Of a stretch of DNA of 32,000 nucleotides, positions 19,097 through 26,182 are shown piece by piece. The translations under genes were made by a program, and so were the position numbers. Each line of letters opens with the position of its first letter. The first letter of the stretch is position 1. The notes below the pieces were generated by a model that was not told the DNA's origin, did not search any database, and saw only the letters and a program-made list of their open reading frames with translations. The stretch comes from Candidatus Methanoperedens sp. (GTDB taxonomy: Archaea; Halobacteriota; Methanosarcinia; Methanosarcinales; Methanoperedenaceae). The stretch lies in assembly GCA_027460535.1 (NCBI GenBank), contig JAPZAR010000024.1, forward strand, positions 30,001-62,000. The letters run 5' to 3'.

Positions 19097-19955
19097 AGTG
19101 GCAATCATCACATTCCCGCGTAATCTTGCGGCAGCAGAAAAGATAAAGGAATCCATTGGCGGGGAGATCATCATATACTCAAGGGACGCGTTCGAAAAAG
19201 CTTTCGAGTATGATTCGATCATAGCCATAATGGCAGCAGGTATAGCTGTTCGGGGTATAGCTCCGCTATTGCATGATAAATGGGATGACCCCGCAGTTGT
19301 GGTCGTGGATTCAGGATTGAATTTTGCCATTCCAGTACTTGGAGGTCACCATGGAGGGAACGACCTGGCAAAAAAGCTTGCAGGTTTGGGAATAATCCCT
19401 GTTATAACCACCGCAACTGAAATAAATGGAAAAGAATCGGTCGAGCATATCGCGGAAAAACTCGGATGTCGGATATTAAACAGGGAATCCACAAAAGGTT
19501 TGAATATGGCTTTACTTGAGAAAGATGTTGAATTCTTAAGAATTAAAGGTCCAAAGATCGTACTTCTGGACGATAATGTCACTGTCTTGAAAAGATACGG
19601 GCTGGTGGTGGGGATCGGCTCAAATCGCGGTGTAAGCAAGAACGAGGTAATGGAGGCAATAACAAAAGCGCTTTCAGAGATAGATGCAAGTTTTGAGGAT
19701 GTGAAATATCTGGCCTCAGCTAGGATCAAGGAAAATGAACATGGTATCATTGATGCTGCTTCTGAAATTGGAAAAGAGATAAAGTTCGTATCTCATGACC
19801 TTATCAATTCAGAAAAAGTACCCACAATTTCAAAGGCAAAAGCCCTCGGACTGAACGGAGTTTGCGAGCCCGCAGCCCTTGCACTCTCGGAAGAAAAAAA
19901 ACTACTTCTGAAAAAAAGGATATACGGAAATGTCACCATCGCGATCGCACGGTAA
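19089..19955 (+). CDS. cbiG: Cobalt-precorrin-5A hydrolase CbiG
   Basis: ATG 19089 overlaps the upstream stop (ATGGGTGA). Family blocks are AIMAAGIAVRGIAPLLHDKWDDPAVVVVD and FAIPVLGGHHGGNDLAKKLA, with a C-terminal CobE-like block GIGSNRGVSKNEV...GVCEPAAL. Confidence 0.85.
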   Translation: MGEVAIITFPRNLAAAEKIKESIGGEIIIYSRDAFEKAFEYDSIIAIMAAGIAVRGIAPLLHDKWDDPAVVVVDSGLNFAIPVLGGHHGGNDLAKKLAGLGIIPVITTATEINGKESVEHIAEKLGCRILNRESTKGLNMALLEKDVEFLRIKGPKIVLLDDNVTVLKRYGLVVGIGSNRGVSKNEVMEAITKALSEIDASFEDVKYLASARIKENEHGIIDAASEIGKEIKFVSHDLINSEKVPTISKAKALGLNGVCEPAALALSEEKKLLLKKRIYGNVTIAIAR

Positions 19956-20691
19956 ATTATACATTGTTGGCATCGGTCCCGGTTCGACCGAACATCTTAC
20001 GAAAAAAGCGGAAATGGCACTGCTTGAATCCGAGTACGTCGTCGGTAATGGAACGTACTTAGACCAGATAGCTGAGGTCATAAAAGATTCAAAGATAATA
20101 AGAAGCGGAATGGGTGGAGAGGTTGAGCGCGCGAAAGAGGCAGTTGGACTCTCGAAAGAACATATCGTTTCAATAATCAGCGGAGGTGATGCCAATGTGT
20201 ATGGAATGGCGGGGCTGGTCATGGAAGTGGCGGAGAAAGAGCGAAATATAGAGATCGAGGTCGTCCCTGGCGTGACAGCGCTCAGCGCTGCAGCTTCGCT
20301 TCTCGGGGCACCAGTGGTTTCAGACTTCGCGGTGATCAGCCTGAGCGATCTCCTGACACCAATGGAATTGATAGAGCGGCGCCTTAATAGCGCCGCAGAA
20401 GCAGATTTCGTGATAGCTATTTATAATCCGAAAAGCAGGAATCGCAGGCAGAACTTTGGAAGAGCCATGGAAATCATTAAAAAATTCAGGAATGATGAAA
20501 CACCTGTTGGAATCGTTAAAAACGCAGCACGGAAAGGAGAGGCCGTTATCGCCACAACGCTTGGAAGAATTATGGAATACGATGATGCTATCGATATGAG
20601 CACGATTGTGCTTGTGGGGAACAGCGAATCAAGGTTGTGGGATAACAGGATAATAACGCCCAGGGGGTATCAGAGGAAATATGAGTACTGA
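19930..20691 (+). CDS. cbiH: Cobalt-factor III / precorrin-3B C17-methyltransferase CbiH
   Basis: KLYIVGIGPGSTEHLTKKAEMALLESEYVVG, SGGDANVYGMAGLV and VPGVTALSAAASLLGAP. It overlaps the end of cbiG by 26 nt. Confidence 0.85.
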   Translation: MSPSRSHGKLYIVGIGPGSTEHLTKKAEMALLESEYVVGNGTYLDQIAEVIKDSKIIRSGMGGEVERAKEAVGLSKEHIVSIISGGDANVYGMAGLVMEVAEKERNIEIEVVPGVTALSAAASLLGAPVVSDFAVISLSDLLTPMELIERRLNSAAEADFVIAIYNPKSRNRRQNFGRAMEIIKKFRNDETPVGIVKNAARKGEAVIATTLGRIMEYDDAIDMSTIVLVGNSESRLWDNRIITPRGYQRKYEY

Positions 20692-21295
20692 TTTTGGGGC
20701 GCGCACAAAGGAAGCACGGGAGATCAGTGAAAAGAGTAGGGCGATAGTTCGCAGCATCGTGAAAGGTGATATGCCGGAGGACAGGATAAGGCAGCGCTGT
20801 GTGATGGCTACGGGTGACCCTGCGTTTGCTGACCTGATGAGATTCAATAATACGCCTGTGGAAGCCGGAATCAAAGCCGTCAGGAAAGGCGCAACGATAT
20901 TCACGGATATAAAAATGGCTCAGGTAGGGATAACGAAAAGGGGACACAAATGCGATGTGAGATGCGTGCTCGAGGCAGGGGAGGAGATAGCCGGGAAAAC
21001 TGGCGTTACAAGGACATCGGCAGGGTTCATGGCGCTTGAAAAAGAGCTTGAAGGTGCCATAATCGTAATCGGTAATGCACCATCGGCTGCACTCACAGTG
21101 TGCGGGATGATAGAACGCGGGCTCCGACCGGCGCTGCTTGTGGCCACGCCAGTGGGATTCGTGAATGCTGCCGAGTCAAAGGAGCGCGTGAGGGAGCTTG
21201 ATGTGCCTTCCATCACCTGCGTGGGTACACGCGGCGGGACGCCTGTGGCGGTTGCTGTGGTCAATGAGCTGGTGGAGATGGCTGAGCACCATTAA
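20681..21295 (+). CDS. cbiC: Cobalt-precorrin-8 methylmutase CbiC
   Basis: 204 aa with the blocks ATGDPAFADL, IVIGNAPSAAL, ATPVGFVNAAESKE and GTRGGTPVAVAVVNEL. It overlaps the end of cbiH by 11 nt. Confidence 0.85.
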   Translation: MSTDFGARTKEAREISEKSRAIVRSIVKGDMPEDRIRQRCVMATGDPAFADLMRFNNTPVEAGIKAVRKGATIFTDIKMAQVGITKRGHKCDVRCVLEAGEEIAGKTGVTRTSAGFMALEKELEGAIIVIGNAPSAALTVCGMIERGLRPALLVATPVGFVNAAESKERVRELDVPSITCVGTRGGTPVAVAVVNELVEMAEHH

Positions 21296-21372
21296 TGCAT
21301 TGAAATCTTATTAAGATAAGAAGACTTATATACAAACAAAGCTTGGATAATAATCCTTGGGTTAAAAGAGGG

Positions 21373-23061
21373 ATGCTAATGAATTTTTGTCCAAACTGCG
21401 GTGGAAAAATAGAAATAGAAAACGCAAAATTCTGCCCTAATTGCGGGTTTAATTTTCAAGAAAAAAAGACAAGTGAAGAATCCAAAATTCAAATAGAACC
21501 TGAAAATACTAACAAAGAGCAGAAGCTTTCACCTCCACAAGTGGTAAATGAAGAGGAAACTGAAGAGTCTGAGTATACTGCTAAAAATGCATATGCTTTA
21601 GGATTTAAATTTGAGGATACTGTTGAGGAAATTTTAAAGGCTAAAGGATACTTTACGCAACGAAGGCTTAGATTAGAAGGTCAAAAGGGAAAGTCTGAAA
21701 TCGATATTCTTGCCGTTAAAAAGTATAAGGGAATAGAGAAGAAGATCGCAGTTGAATGCAAGAACTACACAAATTCGGTTCCTGTCAAGGACGTTAGAGA
21801 CTTTGTTTCAAAATTGGAAGACCTTCGGATTCGAAACGGTCTTTTTGTAGCATACAGCGATTTTTCGAGCGAGGCTGAGTCGTGGGGTGAAAATGCATGT
21901 TTGGAATTATGGGATGGCGATACAGTATATGAGAAATTTTATGAACTCAGCGTCGGAAGGCTCAATGTGGGAGATAAAGTAGACTTCAAATATTACTTAC
22001 CAGTCAAAATTGACTATAATTATGCAGCAAATCTTGATTTTGAGAATAAGAACAAAGTTGAAATTTCCAGCGCCAAGTTAATATGGAGACCTTTTTATAA
22101 AGTTTATTATGAACTCAACTCCGTTCAGACAGACCCGATTAAGAGAAAACATAGACTGACAGATTCAGGATTCTTTATTGAGGATGCTTTGATAAAAAGC
22201 CCCCAAAAACCTAAAGACATGGTAACTAATGCTGTGAAATCGGTAACTCTCGGTTTTCTCGGCAAATCTGCTGAGGAAAAGAAAGAAGAAAAAGAAACAG
22301 GTGTTCTTAAAAAAGAACTCGGCCAGAATCCAGAAAGAGATCTATCTATAACTCAGCCAGACAATTATAAAGTAATCAAGCTCTCTCCACAGATAACCGA
22401 AGTTGTTGCCAGAGGAGAAACAATCGACTATGTTGTGCAAGAAAATACGAAAACTGTAGAGTATGAAGTTCCCACAAAAAAGAAAAAACGAAAGGATGAG
22501 GACGAGATAGACTTTGAGATGCCTGATATAAGGGAATGTTCTCTAAAACCTTCGCGGAAAGACGTCACCATTAACGACATTCAGCTTATTCATGTGCCAA
22601 AATGGGAAGTAGAATTTGAAAGCGGGGATTACACTTATACAAGGGTCATTTCTGCCAATGGTGGAACAGTTATTGCAGACAATATAACAAATTGTAATAA
22701 ACACTTACTCAAGGACTTTATAAAAAAGAAAAATGTGGCCGTCTGTGATGTATGTGGGAAAGCTCTCTGTAAAGATCACGTCTTCAAATGTCCGACTTGC
22801 GGCTCCTGGTTCTGTGAAAACCATAGTATTCAATGCATCGGATGCAAAATTAGATTTTGCACAGAACATATTAAGAACAAATGTGTAGAATGCGGAGAAG
22901 CTATTTGTGATAGCTGTTTGCTGAAATGTCCTTTATGTGGAGAAAATCATTGCAATAAGCATATGACAAAATGCGACAAATGTGGTAAAGTCGTCTGCAC
23001 ATCCTGTACACGAAAAGAAGGTAGTTTAATTTTTAAGAAAACCATATGTAAAAACTGCTAG
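21373..23061 (+). CDS. Multidomain protein: N-terminal double zinc ribbon, Mrr-like PD-(D/E)xK nuclease domain, unassigned middle region of about 270 aa, C-terminal array of six zinc knuckles
   Basis: The track ORF 21343 starts at a TTG. ATG 21373 follows a TATA-like CTTATATAC at about 21325-21333. The zinc ribbon is FCPNCGGKIEIENAKFCPNCG. The Mrr_cat-like core is FEDTVEEILKAKGYFTQ...GKSEIDILAV...KIAVECKNYTNSVPVKDVRDFVSKL. The tail (nt 22744-23058, 105 aa, 22 Cys) has units with a 15-16 residue period: CDVCGKALCKDH / CPTCGSWFCENH / CIGCKIRFCTEH / CVECGEAICDSC / CPLCGENHCNKH / CDKCGKVVCTSC. Confidence 0.7.
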   Translation: MLMNFCPNCGGKIEIENAKFCPNCGFNFQEKKTSEESKIQIEPENTNKEQKLSPPQVVNEEETEESEYTAKNAYALGFKFEDTVEEILKAKGYFTQRRLRLEGQKGKSEIDILAVKKYKGIEKKIAVECKNYTNSVPVKDVRDFVSKLEDLRIRNGLFVAYSDFSSEAESWGENACLELWDGDTVYEKFYELSVGRLNVGDKVDFKYYLPVKIDYNYAANLDFENKNKVEISSAKLIWRPFYKVYYELNSVQTDPIKRKHRLTDSGFFIEDALIKSPQKPKDMVTNAVKSVTLGFLGKSAEEKKEEKETGVLKKELGQNPERDLSITQPDNYKVIKLSPQITEVVARGETIDYVVQENTKTVEYEVPTKKKKRKDEDEIDFEMPDIRECSLKPSRKDVTINDIQLIHVPKWEVEFESGDYTYTRVISANGGTVIADNITNCNKHLLKDFIKKKNVAVCDVCGKALCKDHVFKCPTCGSWFCENHSIQCIGCKIRFCTEHIKNKCVECGEAICDSCLLKCPLCGENHCNKHMTKCDKCGKVVCTSCTRKEGSLIFKKTICKNC

Positions 23062-23080
23062 TTAAATTAAGGTAATTCAA

Positions 23081-23521
23081 ATGAAAACCGAACTCATCCC
23101 GGAACTAACAGCCGTACTTAAACAAAAGTTTAGCCAAGATCTCATTTCAATTGTTTTATTTGGTTCCATAGTCAAGGGCACCTTTACAAGTACTTCTGAT
23201 ATAGATGTTCTCGTCGTTTGCGAAGCTCCCATCAAAGATTGGAGAGCTCGTGATAAAATGATTCTGGAACTCACAGAAGAAATCGAATTAAAATATGCTA
23301 CTCCAATTCATATGACTCTTATGGGCAGAGATGAGATATCACGGGCAATCGATTCGGTTTATCCATTAATGCTTGAAATTTATGACGCCAATGAAATTGT
23401 TTATGATGAAAATAACTTCTTTGGACGATTACTGAAATATTTTGAAGAAAATATTCAACGCTTGCATGCAAAAAAAATCGAAGAAGGTGTCTGGAAAATC
23501 CCTGGTTTGGCGGTGATATAA
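23081..23521 (+). CDS. Minimal nucleotidyltransferase (MNT, pol-beta superfamily), putative antitoxin of module 1
   Basis: 146 aa. IVLFGSIVKGTFTSTSDIDVLVV is the GS...DxD NTase signature. It is immediately followed, after a 1-nt gap, by the HEPN ORF. Confidence 0.8.
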   Translation: MKTELIPELTAVLKQKFSQDLISIVLFGSIVKGTFTSTSDIDVLVVCEAPIKDWRARDKMILELTEEIELKYATPIHMTLMGRDEISRAIDSVYPLMLEIYDANEIVYDENNFFGRLLKYFEENIQRLHAKKIEEGVWKIPGLAVI

Positions 23522-23522
23522 A

Positions 23523-23816
23523 GTGGTTGATGTGAAACAAATTTTTGATGCATTGATGATTGAAGCCCAATCCGACATAAGGTCTGCAAAATTGCTGCTG
23601 GATGGAACCGAATTCAGCAGGTCGATCTATCATTCGCAACAAGCGGTTGAAAAAGCTATGAAAGCCTGCCTTGTTTTAACCGGGATTGTAATAACCGATG
23701 ATCATTGGATTTCTGATAGATTTATTCAAGCCTTTCCTGCGATGCCTGATATACGAAATTTAATACGCGATACAAAATATTTAGTTCGTGGTATCAAGAA
23801 CCCCACCGCCTTTTAA
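23523..23816 (+). pseudogene. HEPN-domain gene, 5' part, interrupted by the IS200-type element
   Basis: GTG 23523. SRSIYHSQQAVEKAMKACLVLTG...DDHWISDRF is the N-terminal two-thirds of a HEPN fold. The frame runs into the IS left-end hairpin and stops at 23814-23816 before any R-Y-P motif. Confidence 0.7.
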
Positions 23817-23823
23817 GGCGGGG
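23801..23823 (+). other. IS left-end imperfect hairpin
   Basis: CCCCACCGCC TTTTAA GGCGGGG. CCGCC pairs with GGCGG, and 2 further G-C pairs form across a bulged A. It lies about 120 nt upstream of the tnpA start. Confidence 0.55.
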
Positions 23824-23946
23824 ATGAATTGGTACCATCGTTTTTTCAATAGTACTCCGTAATTAGGATACGAGAGGATATGCAACTGTCCTCCCGCAAA
23901 CAAATTTTCGGGTAGCGTGAAGCTTCTCGAATACTGGAGGTATTCA

Positions 23947-24456
23947 ATGGAATTCGATAGGTATAGCCATAGCCTTGGCGAGAGTAACTACCATTTCCAG
24001 TTCACGCCGAAATACCGACGTGATGTATTTAGGGATGTTATCCTTAAAAAGGCTTGTGAGGAATCTTTCCTCAGAATCGCCGTGAAATACAAAATAATCG
24101 TTCGTGCTCTGGAATTCGGCCCAGATCACGTTCATCTTTTTGTTGGCAATTGTAAGAAATATAGTGTTCCGCAGATTGCCCAATATTTCAAGGGAGCAAG
24201 CTCAAGGGAGCTTCGTGAACAATATTGGGAGCATGTTAGAATAAAAGAATATGGTGACTCTTTCTGGAGCGATGGTTATTTTTACGAATCAGTTGGCAGG
24301 GTAACAAGTGAATCTGTGGAGTACTATATAAATCGACAGCAAGGGAAACACTGGGCAAACATAGACTATGAGGTATACAGGAAATTTCCGTCGCAGAAAA
24401 CAATAAACGACTTTTTCATAGGAACCCCAGACAACCATAAACGCTCAGGGCTTTAG
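23947..24456 (+). CDS. tnpA: IS200-like Y1 (HUH) transposase TnpA
   Basis: ATG 23947 lies 6 nt after GGAGGT. MEFDRYSHSLGESNYHFQFTPKYRR, the HUH motif in GPDHVHLFV, and the catalytic-Tyr region SVEYYINRQQ are present. Confidence 0.85.
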   Translation: MEFDRYSHSLGESNYHFQFTPKYRRDVFRDVILKKACEESFLRIAVKYKIIVRALEFGPDHVHLFVGNCKKYSVPQIAQYFKGASSRELREQYWEHVRIKEYGDSFWSDGYFYESVGRVTSESVEYYINRQQGKHWANIDYEVYRKFPSQKTINDFFIGTPDNHKRSGL

Positions 24457-24463
24457 CCCTGAG
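24444..24463 (+). other. IS right-end perfect hairpin
   Basis: CTCAGGGC TTTA GCCCTGAG: an 8-bp stem with a 4-nt loop, overlapping the tnpA stop codon. Confidence 0.65.
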
Positions 24464-24485
24464 TAGTTTACAGAGACAGGCAACA

Positions 24486-24653
24486 AAATCAAGGTACCCG
24501 TTGTTTTCCAGTGCAGAGAGACCGATATGGATTCCTTCACGAGAATATTCTAAGCAGGATGCAGATGATGCTTACAGGAAAGCGGACAATATTTTGGAAT
24601 CTATAAGAAAATTTTTAAAAGAGAAATATAGCATTGGTATGGATTACTTATGA
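24486..24653 (+). pseudogene. HEPN-domain gene, 3' part (downstream of the IS)
   Basis: The frame reads KSRYPLFSSAERPIWIPSREYSKQDADDAYRKADNILESIRKFLKEKYSIGMDYL*. The (E)SRYP motif and C-terminal helix are typical of HEPN. It has no start of its own, and its stop overlaps the next ATG (ATGA). Confidence 0.65.
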
Positions 24654-24967
24654 ATCAAACCCCACCGGCGCAGATTTATGAAAAAAGCCTGGAGCAGGTA
24701 AAAGTAGCAGTGCTTGATGCCTTCGAAAGAGAAGATGTCACAATTCTTCTCTTTGGCTCAAGAGTAAGGGGAGACTCGGAAAGGTGCTCGGACATAGACA
24801 TAGGAATATTGCCAAAGAATAAATATGACCGGAAAAAATTGATCCTCTTAAAAGAAAAACTTGAGGATATGAACATTCCTTATAAAGTCGATGTGATAGA
24901 TATATCTAAAGTTTCACAAGCATTCAGGGAAAAAGTGATGATAGAGGGGAAGATATGGAAAAACTGA
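24650..24967 (+). CDS. Minimal nucleotidyltransferase (MNT), module 2
   Basis: 105 aa. ILLFGSRVRGDSERCSDIDIGILP is the GS...DxD signature. Confidence 0.8.
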   Translation: MNQTPPAQIYEKSLEQVKVAVLDAFEREDVTILLFGSRVRGDSERCSDIDIGILPKNKYDRKKLILLKEKLEDMNIPYKVDVIDISKVSQAFREKVMIEGKIWKN

Positions 24968-25038
24968 CTTTGATACGAGATGATACCGAAAAAGTAAGGA
25001 TCATTATGAACTTATGGACAAGGTATATCGGGCTCTAA
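24955..25038 (+). pseudogene. Possible truncated remnant of a DUF86/HEPN partner of MNT module 2
   Basis: A 27-codon ORF (MEKLTLIRDDTEKVRIIMNLWTRYIGL*) starts 13 nt inside the end of the MNT gene, where a cognate HEPN gene would normally begin. Its resemblance to DUF86 N-termini is weak. Confidence 0.25.
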
Positions 25039-25084
25039 TGAATGCTTGAAACTATCGGCCCCTAAATCTTTCATTACCGATATT

Positions 25085-26182
25085 TCAGTACCGCTCCAAA
25101 ATATTGTACAGCGTATCCCTCTTGGCAACCGGCCGCCCCAGCTTCTTAGCCACATGCACGAATTCCTCAATGCTCTTGCTGTGAAAAGGCACACCGGCCG
25201 CCCTCACTACATTTTCCTCGATCATTGTCCCGCCAAGGTCGTTTGCGCCGTAGTTCAATGCCACCTGCGCCACTGAAAGTCCCTGCGTGACCCATGAAGC
25301 CTGGATATTCTTGATATACCCGTTAAGGAGGATGCGCGAAACCGCGACCATCTTCAGGTAATCGATGCCTGTCGAGCTCCCGGTCAACTGCGTGTTCTCC
25401 GATTGAAAACTCCAGGGTATGAAAGCCGAGAAACCATTATATTTCTCCTGCATCTCGCGAATCCTGATAATGTGCTTTATCCTTTCCTCCAGGGTTTCGG
25501 CATGCCCGAACACCATCGTTGCCGTGCTCGGAATCCCGAGTGAATGGGCAGCAAGCATCACTTCCTGCCATTTCTTCCATCCGATCTTATTGGGCGAAAC
25601 AAAGCCCCGCACCCTGTCATCGAGTATCTCGGCACCTCCTCCCGGTATTGAATCAAGCCCGGCATCGCGAAGCCTTGAGATCGTTTCCGGAATGCCTGCC
25701 CCGTAAAGCTTTGAGATGTGCACTATCTCAGGCGGCGAAAATGCATGCATCTGGATATTGAACCTGCCTTTGACCCGACGCAGCATTTCTTCATAATATT
25801 CGATAGAAAGAGACGGGTTCAATCCCCCCTGGAGCAGGATCTGGGTCGCGCCGAGCCGAACTGCCTCACCCACCTTTGAAAGTATCTCCTCGATCGTCAG
25901 GACGTAGGCATCATTTGCCAAAGGTTCCCTATAGAACGCACAGAATTTGCATTTAGAAGAGCATACATTGGTATAGTTTATGTTCCTGTCCACCACAAAG
26001 GTGACCAGATCCCCGTTGCTCTTTTTACGCAATTCATCCGCTGCTGCGCCGATCAGGTTAAGGGCTCTTGATTCGAGCAATTCCACCCCCTCTTTCAGTC
26101 CCCCGCCATCCAGTGCGCTCTTCAGTATCTCAGAAGAATTATCATCATCCGCAAATTTTCTTATCATATCAAAATTTGTCAT
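25085..26182 (-). CDS. Radical SAM enzyme of the CofH/MqnC/MqnE family (MqnC-like by motif)
   Basis: 365 aa. VDRNINYTNVCSSKCKFCAFY is the CxxxCxxC cluster motif. Other blocks are LLQGGLNP, SIPGGGAEILDDRVR, TATMVFGHAETLEERIKHI and the C-terminal NGFSAFIPWSFQSENTQL. From memory, IPW.FQ..NT favours MqnC over CofH or MqnE; I could not verify this. Confidence 0.7.
   Translation of the reverse strand: MTNFDMIRKFADDDNSSEILKSALDGGGLKEGVELLESRALNLIGAAADELRKKSNGDLVTFVVDRNINYTNVCSSKCKFCAFYREPLANDAYVLTIEEILSKVGEAVRLGATQILLQGGLNPSLSIEYYEEMLRRVKGRFNIQMHAFSPPEIVHISKLYGAGIPETISRLRDAGLDSIPGGGAEILDDRVRGFVSPNKIGWKKWQEVMLAAHSLGIPSTATMVFGHAETLEERIKHIIRIREMQEKYNGFSAFIPWSFQSENTQLTGSSTGIDYLKMVAVSRILLNGYIKNIQASWVTQGLSVAQVALNYGANDLGGTMIEENVVRAAGVPFHSKSIEEFVHVAKKLGRPVAKRDTLYNILERY

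Larger units (their letters stand above)
23793..24493 (+). mobile_element. IS200-type insertion sequence (IS200/IS605 family, tnpA only); boundaries approximate to about 15 nt
   Basis: It has a single Y1/HUH transposase gene, subterminal hairpins at both ends, no terminal inverted repeats and no obvious target duplication. The size is about 0.7 kb. ATCAAG occurs at both junction zones (23793-23798 and 24488-24493). Confidence 0.75.

Noticed and set aside
23831-24508. GGTACC-containing similarity (GGTACCATCGTTTTTTC at 23831 versus GGTACCCGTTGTTTTCC at 24493), considered as a target-site duplication of the IS
   Set aside because: IS200/IS605-family elements do not create target duplications. 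The left copy lies inside the element, downstream of the left hairpin, and the match is short and imperfect. I note it as possible guide or cleavage-site similarity but make no claim.
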